DNA from: a virus
Taxonomy: Duplodnaviria; Caudoviricetes
Length of the DNA: 28,107 nt
Reading direction: 5' to 3' (one strand)
IMG/VR virus record: IMGVR_UViG_3300016649_000292
Span: 1-28,107 of that record
Made by a program: the position numbers and the translations under genes. Under the pieces are notes generated by a model, which searched no databases, was not told where the DNA came from, and worked only from the letters and a program-made list of their open reading frames with translations. Shown one piece after another: positions 18,205 through 26,645 of this stretch. Within the stretch, counting starts at the first letter, position 1, and each line of letters starts with the position of its first letter.

Positions 18205-19236
18205 ATGAGTAAGCGCAAATTCCGCAAACCGGCATCAACTACCGTTACAGCAACGGGGCAGCAGACAAGCGGCGCGGAGGCGTTCAGCTTTGGCGACCCA
18301 ACGCCGGTATTAGACCGCCGTGAAATCCTGGATTACATCGAATGCACGGGGAACGGCCAGTGGTACGAGCCGCCGGTCAGCTTTGACGGCCTGGCTCGCA
18401 CGCTGCGGGCAGCGGTTCATCACAGCTCATCACTGTATGTGAAACGGAATATTCTGGCCTCGACCTATGTCCCGCATCCGCTGCTGTCACAGCAGGAGTT
18501 CAGCCGCTTTGCCCTGGATTACCTGGTATTCGGGAATGCGTTTTTAGAAGTTATCCGCAACCAGCTCGGCGACGCCGTGGTGATGAAAACGGTGCCCGCC
18601 AAATATGCACGCCGGGGGGTTGAGCCAGATACTTACTGGTTTGTGCAGCAGTGGAAGGACGCGCATCAGTTCGAAGCCGGTAGCGTGTTTCATCTGATTG
18701 AGCCGGACATTAATCAGGAGCTGTACGGCCTGCCGGAATATCTCAGCGCCCTGAATTCTGCCTGGCTGAATGAGGCAGCGACGCTGTTCCGTCGCAAGTA
18801 TTACCAGAACGGCGCGCACGCCGGATACATCCTCTACATGACCGACGCGGCACAAAGCAGCTCCGACATCGAGCAGATGCGTAAAGCCATGCGAGACACC
18901 AAAGGGCTGGGCAACTTCCGCAACCTGTTCATGTACGCGCCAAACGGCAAGCCAGACGGGATCAAGATTTTGCCGCTGAGTGAAGTCGCGACGAAAGACG
19001 ACTTCTTTAATATCAAGAAAGCCAGCCAGAACGATTTGCTGTGCGCGCACCGCGTTCCGCCACAGATGATGGGGATTATTCCGGAGAACAGCGGCGGATT
19101 TGGTGATTCGGTGAAAGCCTCGCAGGTGTTTGTCCGGAATGAGCTGACACCGTTGCAGGAACGGTTTAAGGAGTTGAATGCGTGGTTTGGGGAGGAGGTG
19201 ATCAGGTTTACTTCTTACGAACTGTTGTCAGAGTAA
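18205..19236 (+). CDS. Q: Portal protein Q
   Basis: FSFGDPTPVLDRREILDY...YGLPEYLSALNSAWLNEAATLFRRKYYQNGAHAG. Confidence 0.96.
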   Translation: MSKRKFRKPASTTVTATGQQTSGAEAFSFGDPTPVLDRREILDYIECTGNGQWYEPPVSFDGLARTLRAAVHHSSSLYVKRNILASTYVPHPLLSQQEFSRFALDYLVFGNAFLEVIRNQLGDAVVMKTVPAKYARRGVEPDTYWFVQQWKDAHQFEAGSVFHLIEPDINQELYGLPEYLSALNSAWLNEAATLFRRKYYQNGAHAGYILYMTDAAQSSSDIEQMRKAMRDTKGLGNFRNLFMYAPNGKPDGIKILPLSEVATKDDFFNIKKASQNDLLCAHRVPPQMMGIIPENSGGFGDSVKASQVFVRNELTPLQERFKELNAWFGEEVIRFTSYELLSE

Positions 19237-19464
19237 TATAATAATCCCGTGGAACGCGATTATTATATTATCTCGGGTCATGACTGGTGTTATTTTTTTT
19301 ATATCGTGCATTTGAATGTGGACATTGGGTAAGTGAGATGAATGCACATTACACGACATGAATAGCTTACAAGTAAAAACGCAGCCACATGCAGGATTAA
19401 TAGCTTGTGTTGGTGGTTTTGTCCTTTTTTGTGATATTTTATTGGTGTCATTATTTATGCTTTT

Positions 19465-20259
19465 TTATTCTTCTATTAGAAATCCGATTACATGCTTACT
19501 ACCTAAGGATGATGCTACTACAGGTTTGTTTTTATCACCGCTAGTGCACCGAAGAACATCACTAAATAGGGCGCTGATGCTTTTCACCTCGGATTTTTCA
19601 GATGTTTTATAAGCATTGAAGCCTCTGTCACTATATAAAAAAACATAGCTTTCGGGAGTGATTTTTTGCATCTTTTTTATCTGGCCTTCGAGTCTTGGGT
19701 GTTTATTATTTGTTTTTGATAAATTATCAACTTTTTTTGATTGGATCAGTATGGTTTTAACGACTCGTTGGCCAAATTTATCATTTATGTCGAATATAAA
19801 ACTAAGGTCAGCTCCATTCACTGGTTCTTTTTTGACTGATGAGTAGGACTGGAATGTAATATTTACTTTTACATTATCACTTTCGAATTTTTCAAATAAA
19901 TCTGCACCAAGAACTGCCGTAATCATATCTTCCGAGGAAAATGAATGGTATTTTTGGGTTATTTTGTTAATAACGTTATCCACGTGATGAGAGATTTTTT
20001 TAATGAAATCTTCAGACAAATGAGTTGTTGTGTTTTCACTATAATCCCATATCTGATAAAACATCAATAGAGCTTGAGATTCAAAGTTAGAACCTAATTT
20101 ATGAAGTTTTTTTAATTCAAAACCATTTTCATTTAAAGTTAATTCGAGTACGGGTAAGGCATTATTAGGGATTTTTATGAATTGTTGATCCGAGGGTGAA
20201 GTGATGTTCACTTCGTGAAGGACCATATCCAATAAGTAATACTTACACTTCTTTCTCAC
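19465..20259 (-). CDS. Hypothetical protein with a PD-(D/E)XK-like (D...QxK) nuclease fold
   Basis: E(251-like helix) KKEPVNGADLSFIFDI...KTILIQSKK pattern, followed by QIKKMQKITPESYVFLYS; AT-rich; GAGGGT RBS before a GTG start. Confidence 0.55.
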   Translation of the reverse strand: MRKKCKYYLLDMVLHEVNITSPSDQQFIKIPNNALPVLELTLNENGFELKKLHKLGSNFESQALLMFYQIWDYSENTTTHLSEDFIKKISHHVDNVINKITQKYHSFSSEDMITAVLGADLFEKFESDNVKVNITFQSYSSVKKEPVNGADLSFIFDINDKFGQRVVKTILIQSKKVDNLSKTNNKHPRLEGQIKKMQKITPESYVFLYSDRGFNAYKTSEKSEVKSISALFSDVLRCTSGDKNKPVVASSLGSKHVIGFLIEE

Positions 20260-20605
20260 TCTTCACCCTCGATGATTAAATTATGCATGACGTTTGAGTT
20301 AATTAGAATGCTTTAATATCCGGTTTGAACGAATGCTATTTGCTAATGTTAGTTTTAGGCATCGTACTAACTGTGACGTCTAATTGATCCCAGACCGCAA
20401 TGGATGCCTGACTAAGTATGAGTTAATGCAGTTTATCGTAAATGCTCTGATTATTGCAGTGGTTTTTTTATCCTGTATGCGCAACACAAGCAGGGTGCCG
20501 AACTTTGGCTAAACGCCTTGAGCCATGTTGCACGGATCCACAAGAAATCAAGTTGACTGAGATAGCATGCCCTAATGCGTCATTTTCGGCACGCTTCCAC
20601 ATCGG

Positions 20606-20756
20606 TGCGCGCAATGTTACCCGCCTGCCCGCTTCTGACTTGGCTCACAGTTTTTAATGCATGACCCAGATCGTCGCAAAGCACGGAGAGAGAGGGGAGC
20701 AGGTTTTTTTTGAGTCTTTTGGGACCATGCAGAACCATGCACATGATGCATGCGTG
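20606..20756. other. cos region, apparently degenerate
   Basis: GCGCGCAATGTTACCCGCCTGCCCGCTT resembles the P2/186 cos context at the expected position between Q and A, but the core is short. ATGCA repeats follow downstream. Confidence 0.55.
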
Positions 20757-20874
20757 GCTCACCCATATGGCTGTGCTCGATAGATATCATTTGTATAAGC
20801 TCAGACTTGAGCTTACATAACTAAAGCACAGAGCCAAACCTAACCTAGCAGGCAGCTAAGTGCCAGTAGTAGGC

Positions 20875-21732
20875 ATTGCTAATTCCTCGCTACATTAATC
20901 TTTGGGGGGAGGTCAAGAATGCCAGATTGACGATGCATAAAAATTGATTTTTCATTTATCTCAACCCTTGAATAATCGATTGCATAGTTTTATTTTGAAT
21001 TTCTTCAAAAACATTTCTTATTTCTATTATAGGGTCTTTAACTGTAGGTACATCCATTTGCTGTTTACGTTTATCAGGGCTATTAATAGACTGGTACACA
21101 TTGAATGACTTTATAATTATTTCATCAGTTTTATTTATAAAATCTTGGTCTACAATATCCCTTCCCCATAGTAATAGACAAATCTTGGCGCTTTTAAATT
21201 CCGTATATGTTTTTATAAGCAGCTGAGGCTTTTCATTCAGGTTTTTTTCATGTTTATTTTCTATGTTTGAATTGATTGCATTTAATATGCTCACAAGAGC
21301 ATTTCCCGTATAGATTAAGTTTTCAACTTTTTGAGATGTGGTTTCTTTTTTCTTTTGTTCAAACCATTTTCTAGCAGAATAAGCAGCATAAACTGCAACA
21401 TATGCCATTATTGCATTGGATAGAGCAATCACTGTGTCCATGATTGTACCGAACTGAACGCTGCTACTTGCCACATTGAATACTTTATTACCTATATACC
21501 ACAATCCTAGAACTACAAGTACTAGCAGTGCTAGAATAACTGTCTTTACGAAGACATTGCAAATCCGACCCTTCATGATCTTATCCCTCAATCTAAAAGA
21601 TGATGAATACCATAAAAAGTAGGATCAACACTATTCAATTTCATAGTTTTAAAGTAATAATAAGTGTTGAGATCATAAATATAGGTTATATGACATTCGC
21701 CTCAGAGATTAACACACATTGATGTTAGTAAT
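20875..21732. repeat. Imperfect ~42-bp inverted repeats (20875-20915 and 21691-21732) bracketing one gene
   Basis: Left ATTGCTAA...TTAATCTTTGGGGGGAGGTCA versus reverse complement of right ATTACTAA...TTAATCTCTGAGGCGAATGTCA; about 26 of 42 positions identical by hand alignment. Confidence 0.5.
20956..21591 (-). CDS. Hypothetical membrane protein (two N-terminal TM helices)
   Basis: VILALLVLVVLGLWYIG and VIALSNAIMAYVAVYAAY segments; GAGGG RBS favours ATG at 21576; AT-rich. Confidence 0.7.
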   Translation of the reverse strand: MRDKIMKGRICNVFVKTVILALLVLVVLGLWYIGNKVFNVASSSVQFGTIMDTVIALSNAIMAYVAVYAAYSARKWFEQKKKETTSQKVENLIYTGNALVSILNAINSNIENKHEKNLNEKPQLLIKTYTEFKSAKICLLLWGRDIVDQDFINKTDEIIIKSFNVYQSINSPDKRKQQMDVPTVKDPIIEIRNVFEEIQNKTMQSIIQGLR

Positions 21733-21765
21733 TGTAGTATCGTTGGCGCGATGTCTGCTTATAGC

Positions 21766-21790
21766 TGTGAGTTCAACGGGTCGATGCAAC
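21766..21790 (+). mobile_element. Orphan IS30-family-like terminal inverted repeat
   Basis: TGTGAGTTCAACGGGTCGATGCAAC resembles IS30-type ends (TGTAGATTCAA...GGTC...GCAACA, recalled). No transposase is present. Confidence 0.4.
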
Positions 21791-21939
21791 GCTATCCTTA
21801 ATCAAGGGGGACGTTGCCATTCAAACACTGATCCTTTTATAAGCCATTGCAATAAGAAAGTTGGGGTAATGAAATAAGATAATGTTGAATCTTTCCCACG
21901 AGTGTAAATTGTTTTTTGTTTGATAAATTTTACTTCCAT

Positions 21940-21980
21940 ATGCATATAAATGTTTATATGCATTGATATAAACATTTATA
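21940..21980 (-). terminator. Overlapping AT-rich hairpins downstream of the retron gene (possible terminator)
   Basis: Perfect 15-bp inverted repeat 21945-21959/21966-21980 and an alternative 11-bp inverted repeat 21940-21950/21953-21963. Confidence 0.45.
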
Positions 21981-21992
21981 CTTTGGAGGAGA

Positions 21993-23623
21993 TTATCGGT
22001 GTAAAAGTGCCTTGACTTTATCAGCGACCACCTCAGGGTTTTCATCATAGACCATGTAGAGTTTATCACGCAATAAAGGCAATGCTGTTTTCACTATTTC
22101 CTCGTCATCTTTTTTACTAACGTCAAAAGTTTTACGTCACCATCGGATATTTCACTAGCTAAAACTGCTCTTAATTCTTTCTGAGGCCACTCTTTATTAA
22201 CTGAGTCAGCTGACAATATGGCAATGACATACTTAGACTTAACTAGTGCTGAATTTATTTTTTCAATTAAAGAGTCTCCCCATTTTATTTCCACATGATC
22301 TATGAAAGCGGAGATATTTATTTTAGTCAACTCATCGTATACTGGGGTTGCAATATCTTTCTTATCTTCACTTGCATGACAGATAAATACATCAAAGTTT
22401 TCAGTTTCTTTCATGGCTCGCAGCCCTTCTTTTGTTTTTAATGGATCGTTGTGGCTCATATATGACATAAGCTTTAAATATCCAGGATAATTCTCTCCTC
22501 TAACCATTTTTATGAAACTAAGCCTTCCATAAATGTGGTTTCGGAAAATTTCAATAGCTTGGTTATTATCTCTAGTCTGATATCCTTTTTCTGTACTAAA
22601 AAGAAGTGCATACTTCACCCTATCGTCTTTCCATCTATGAATCATGGAACGTGTTATTCTTATGTATTTTCGGTCAATATTTACTTTCTCATTAACGACT
22701 AAACCAGTAACGCTTTGCCTAGTATTTCTTGTTTGAACCCTAAATTTATCATGATTAATTTTAAAACCATTTTTCGATATGATATTCTCAACGGTTTCGC
22801 TAATTACATAATTTTCATCATCACTTTTTTCAATTACATCAGTAACTTTTGACTGATTAAATGAAAAGGTGATATCGTCAGCATACCGAGAATAAGATAT
22901 ATTTTTTCTACCTGCCAATTGAGTAAGCTGTTTGTCGAGTGAAGTCGATGCAAGATTTGCTAATATAGGAGATGTACATGCACCTTGAGGCAATTTACCA
23001 TTATGAGTACAGAGCTGAGCTAAAACAGTGGCCGCTGGATGAGCAAAATTGAAAGGTTTACTTTTGAATATTCCATAAACTCTAGCGAATGTTATTGATT
23101 CAAAATAATTTTCCAGATCAATATTTACAACAAATTTTTTTTTAATGTGCATTTCGGCGTTTGTAATAATACTTTTCCCTTTTATAAAGCCGTGAGCAGA
23201 TTTTTTTGGTCTATAAAAATATTCAACGATAGGCTTTAGCTTTTCCTGGAGTATTGACAAACCTCCTTTGGGAGCATTAATAATTCTTTTTTTTCCATTC
23301 TTTTTTTCTATCTCAAAAGTTCGGTAATTATCTTTTTTATGATAGAGAATAAAGAGTAATTGGCCCGCGGGTACCTCAAGTAAATTAGCGACATCACTTA
23401 CAGATGTAATTGAAACTTCACCAGACTCAATTAGCATGCATATTTTTATTAAATTATCGTGATCTGTAGTCGCTTTATTTTTAAGTTCTTTATTTCTCCA
23501 TTTAATTTTCTTTCCATCTTTGTATGGTTGTGGTTCAATTTGAGGAAGTTCGGATATGAAGCTAGGATTTTTTTTATTGGCTAATACGAGATTGTGCATT
23601 AACAATTTATCATGTAGTGACAA
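21993..23623 (-). CDS. Retron reverse transcriptase-TIR fusion, split by a -1 frameshift at 22109-22115
   Basis: RT motifs SAHGF, NAEMH (retron region X NAxxH), LPQGACTSP, YADD and VTGLVVN (region Y VTG). C-terminal TIR: FDVFICHASEDK...WPQKEL. Frame 0 stops at 22094; the -1 frame continues DDEEIVKTALPLLRDKLYMVYDENPEVVADKVKALLHR to 21993. The AGGAG RBS favours TTG 23623. Confidence 0.9.
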
Positions 23624-23650
23624 AACCAACTCCTATCATTTTATTAATGT

Positions 23651-23790
23651 TACGGCTCTGCCCAATCACCTTGCGCAACATTTAGCTGACAAACCGTTAC
23701 GAGCAGCAACCATCAGCTGAACGGTGGCGTGTGTCCTAACATTAGTTCCTTCGAGGCGAAGCGACCTCACAAATTTAAGGCAGAGCCGTA
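23651..23790 (-). ncRNA. Retron msr-msd non-coding RNA
   Basis: Perfect 12-bp a1/a2 inverted repeat (TACGGCTCTGCC 23651-23662; GGCAGAGCCGTA 23779-23790) directly upstream of the RT. Internal stems GAGG/CCTC and AGCTGA/TCAGCT. A TATGAT -10-like hexamer lies at 23801-23806. Confidence 0.85.
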
Positions 23791-23914
23791 TAATATATCT
23801 ATCATATAGATAACTAAAAATGAAGTAGAAAATATTTCATTTGAAACTGTTCACACTGTGCACTTTGGTTTTTTATCTTTAGAATTCATTCAGTATGCGC
23901 CTTTCAGCTGCCTG

Positions 23915-23934
23915 TAGGGTAGGGTAGGGTAGGG
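23915..23934 (+). repeat. (TAGGG)4 tandem repeat, G-quadruplex motif
   Basis: GGG-TA-GGG-TA-GGG-TA-GGG at 23917-23934. Confidence 0.85.
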
Positions 23935-24169
23935 TGCGGCCTGCTCCTCACTCATTAACGCAGCACGATTTTCGTGAATCCAACACATATGACAAAAGCA
24001 ATTTTGAACTTTTGATGTTCGCCCAAACCAGACTCTCAGATTTGATAATGTTCTACTTACGAAATCAGTCAAATAATGTCTTATCATACATATCATTCAA
24101 ATTCAACCCGATCTGGCAGCGGTTAAAAAGTCATCGCCAGATCACCAAAACTAATTTTCGCCCCAAGGC

Positions 24170-26341
24170 TTAACGCTTCCAGTTTTCACCGTTAAGCCTT
24201 GATGTTGTGTTTATTAATTCGCGTTTAATCTCCGGCAAACTCGCCCTTTCTTCTGGAATCAATCTTGCCGACCGGGCAACATCACGGCCTTTCGTCGGGT
24301 CGAAACTACGTTGCGCCTTGCTGACTCTCGGTGTTTCATCACTTGTACGCGGCACAATCGCCCTCACGGCGGCTGTGTCTGTCCAGTCTATTGCCGGTTT
24401 GTTGGCCGAGATGAACGCTGTAGCGGTGCTCCCTGCCTTGCTATCGTGCCAATTTGAAGCAACTTTATCTCCACTCAACCCACAGTTATTGACAGGACTC
24501 CGAGGCGCGCCGGAGGCGCTTTTTACGGTCAAAACCTCAGAGTCAACGGCAGAAGCAACGATCTGCCATTGAGTGGTACGCGTTTCATATACATGAGATT
24601 CGCCCAGGTGGGGGGCGAAAATGCCCACAACCTTTTTCACTTCCTCATCGTATGCGTTCAGCTCGTCAGCAACGCGGCGGGCTACACGAACAGTTTGTGC
24701 GTCGCGTGGAACATTTGCGCCGCCCTGGGCAGTCATGTACGCCATGAAGTCACCGACATCAGCAGCCGCACGGACAGCTTCCACTTCTTCGTCAAAGGTT
24801 TCAGTCAGGCTGATAGAACGGATGCGGCGGCACTCACGGTATGAACCCATGGTAGGCAGGCCGATAGGATGAAACTGAGGAATACGCCAGGTAGCAGCCC
24901 AGGCGGTAACAGCGGCAGCGGAATCTGTAAGCAGCTCGCCAGTCTCGTGGTCGCGCTCTCCTTCCAGTGCGTAACCGTCGATGTTTTTTGCAATGTATTT
25001 GGCGATATAGCCCGCCGCGCCGCCGCGATTCAGGTGTTTACAGTCAAAGCGGTTTTTAGCCGCGCCACGTTCGTCGCCGTCTTCTTTCATGGCGTATTTG
25101 CGCATGATGTCGATCACCGGCTGACGCATGGCGGGTTTAGTGAATAGCATCATGTGCCAGTGTGGGGTTGCGTCGTGGTGAGGCTCAACAACGCGCATCC
25201 CGTAAACAGATAGGCCACTGTCTTTGAATGCAGTGCGCATTTTGCTCCAGATTCCACACAGATAGCGCTGAGCATCTTTTGGGGTGAAGGCTTCTTTGTC
25301 CCAGGCGTGATTCCGCTGAACGCGCTTTTTATCGCCTTTGCCGACCATGCGCGTCGGGTGAAATTTAGAAGGGGTGGTGATGGTCAGAAACATCCCGACG
25401 TCACCATTCGCGGCAGCATATTTTTCGGTGCCGGCGATAGTGCTCATCAGCTCCATGCGGCGGATTTCAGGGTTTGAAATACTCGCCATGACCTTATCGA
25501 TCAAACTGATACGCTCGCCGGTTTCGACATTCTCCAGGTCACGGCTTTTTAGATAGTCCAGATTCGACAGTCGGCGGGAACGAACTTCACGGATAGCCTG
25601 CTTACTGGCATAGGGAGACGCGTCACGGTTAACCTTGCCGATTGCGATCAGCAATGACTCACGCCAGCGGGTACGCTGGCCTTTCAACTGACTTAACCAC
25701 CAATCGGGATTTACCAGCCGAGACATGCTAGCGATGGCAGACGTCGCATCTAGCTTGCCCTTACTGAATTTTGTCCAATACATCGGGCTGACGTTGAAGG
25801 CTCGCGACATTCCTGCAATCTCGCGATACAGAGTGCACTGAGTATCTGACTCAAGAAGCACCCCATAATCACCACCATGTTCAGCCAACAGATGATCGCA
25901 ACGGTCTTCATAAATGGCCTTCAACTGTCCTGCAATATTCTGTGCGAAACGACGTAGCGGTTTGTCGCTCATGCCTGGTAACTGGTGATAAACATCGGCC
26001 TCGGAGATGAATTTCATGGAGGCATTGATATTCATTGCATGAGCTTTATTAACTGCATCCACACGCGGCAGAATGCTGCGCCCAAGGGTATAAACCAGAT
26101 ATTTATTAGCCGCGTGGATGCCCTGAGTTTTGAGCAGGTACTTATGGCGGCCAGTGAAAATTTCTTGCAGGTCTTTGGAGAGGGTTTTTACTTTGATTAA
26201 AACAGCTTGCCCCTGATCGTATTCATCACGGGTAAGCGGTCTCGGCCTTTCTTGGGGGACGATTGGGGCTAGAGGTTTATTCCAGGGGAACGCCCAAACA
26301 TCGGGCGTTTCTGTCTGAGAAGTAAAGCGATTGTTCTGCAT
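24170..26341 (-). CDS. A: Rolling-circle replication initiator A (HUH endonuclease) with altered C-terminal tail
   Basis: AFPWNKP N-terminus, EPHHDATPHWH (HUH), GYIAKYIAKNIDG (two-Tyr motif), APRSPVNNC. Confidence 0.95.
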   Translation of the reverse strand: MQNNRFTSQTETPDVWAFPWNKPLAPIVPQERPRPLTRDEYDQGQAVLIKVKTLSKDLQEIFTGRHKYLLKTQGIHAANKYLVYTLGRSILPRVDAVNKAHAMNINASMKFISEADVYHQLPGMSDKPLRRFAQNIAGQLKAIYEDRCDHLLAEHGGDYGVLLESDTQCTLYREIAGMSRAFNVSPMYWTKFSKGKLDATSAIASMSRLVNPDWWLSQLKGQRTRWRESLLIAIGKVNRDASPYASKQAIREVRSRRLSNLDYLKSRDLENVETGERISLIDKVMASISNPEIRRMELMSTIAGTEKYAAANGDVGMFLTITTPSKFHPTRMVGKGDKKRVQRNHAWDKEAFTPKDAQRYLCGIWSKMRTAFKDSGLSVYGMRVVEPHHDATPHWHMMLFTKPAMRQPVIDIMRKYAMKEDGDERGAAKNRFDCKHLNRGGAAGYIAKYIAKNIDGYALEGERDHETGELLTDSAAAVTAWAATWRIPQFHPIGLPTMGSYRECRRIRSISLTETFDEEVEAVRAAADVGDFMAYMTAQGGANVPRDAQTVRVARRVADELNAYDEEVKKVVGIFAPHLGESHVYETRTTQWQIVASAVDSEVLTVKSASGAPRSPVNNCGLSGDKVASNWHDSKAGSTATAFISANKPAIDWTDTAAVRAIVPRTSDETPRVSKAQRSFDPTKGRDVARSARLIPEERASLPEIKRELINTTSRLNGENWKR
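24481..24510 (-). other. Replication origin (gpA nick site)
   Basis: Minus strand GCGCGCCTCG^GAGTCCTGTCAATAACTGTG matches the P2 ori inside gene A. Confidence 0.85.
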
Positions 26342-26424
26342 TACAAACCGTCTTTGATATCAATGAGCAGATAGCCAGCATTGATGCCAGCCAGAATGAG
26401 CAATGCCATCGAGAACAAAATCAT
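26341..26424 (-). CDS. 27-aa hydrophobic mini-protein, coupled at both ends
   Basis: MILFSMALLILAGINAGYLLIDIKDGL; ATGA overlap with the upstream Zn-finger gene and TAATG overlap with A. Confidence 0.6.
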   Translation of the reverse strand: MILFSMALLILAGINAGYLLIDIKDGL

Positions 26425-26645
26425 TTACTGTCTCGGTAATGCTTAGCGTTTAGCTCACTGATTTCCTTGCAATAGACACACAGCTCAACGCCAGGCAGAG
26501 CTGCGCGGCGTTCTTCAGGAATAGGGCGGTCACAGTCGAGGCAATACATGGAAGAAGCGCCCGTAGTGCTTATGCGGGCAGCTTGAATTTGTGACTCTAA
26601 GATCAGGTCCGCTCGTTCTTGGGCAGCGTCAATAACATCAGCCAT
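26421..26645 (-). CDS. TraR/DksA C4 zinc-finger protein (P2 Orf82-like)
   Basis: MADVIDAAQE...CLDCDRPIPEERRAALPGVELCVYC. Confidence 0.9.
   Translation of the reverse strand: MADVIDAAQERADLILESQIQAARISTTGASSMYCLDCDRPIPEERRAALPGVELCVYCKEISELNAKHYRDSK

Noticed and set aside
19358-19612. 84-aa hydrophobic + strand ORF after the portal
   Set aside because: It overlaps the nuclease-like gene antisense, has no RBS, and its hydrophobicity reflects T-rich DNA.
21821-22069. 82-aa ORF downstream of the RT as a separate retron effector
   Set aside because: It overlaps the frameshifted TIR tail and runs through the hairpins. The effector is already fused to the RT.
22094-23629. RT as a group II intron, DGR or DRT/Abi RT
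   Set aside because: NAxxH and VTG motifs plus the a1/a2-bounded upstream RNA indicate a retron. I saw no TR/VR pair or maturase domain.
23890-24173. ORFs 23890-24096 (-) and 23934-24173 (+)
   Set aside because: No motifs; they span the decayed A tail and the pentanucleotide repeat.
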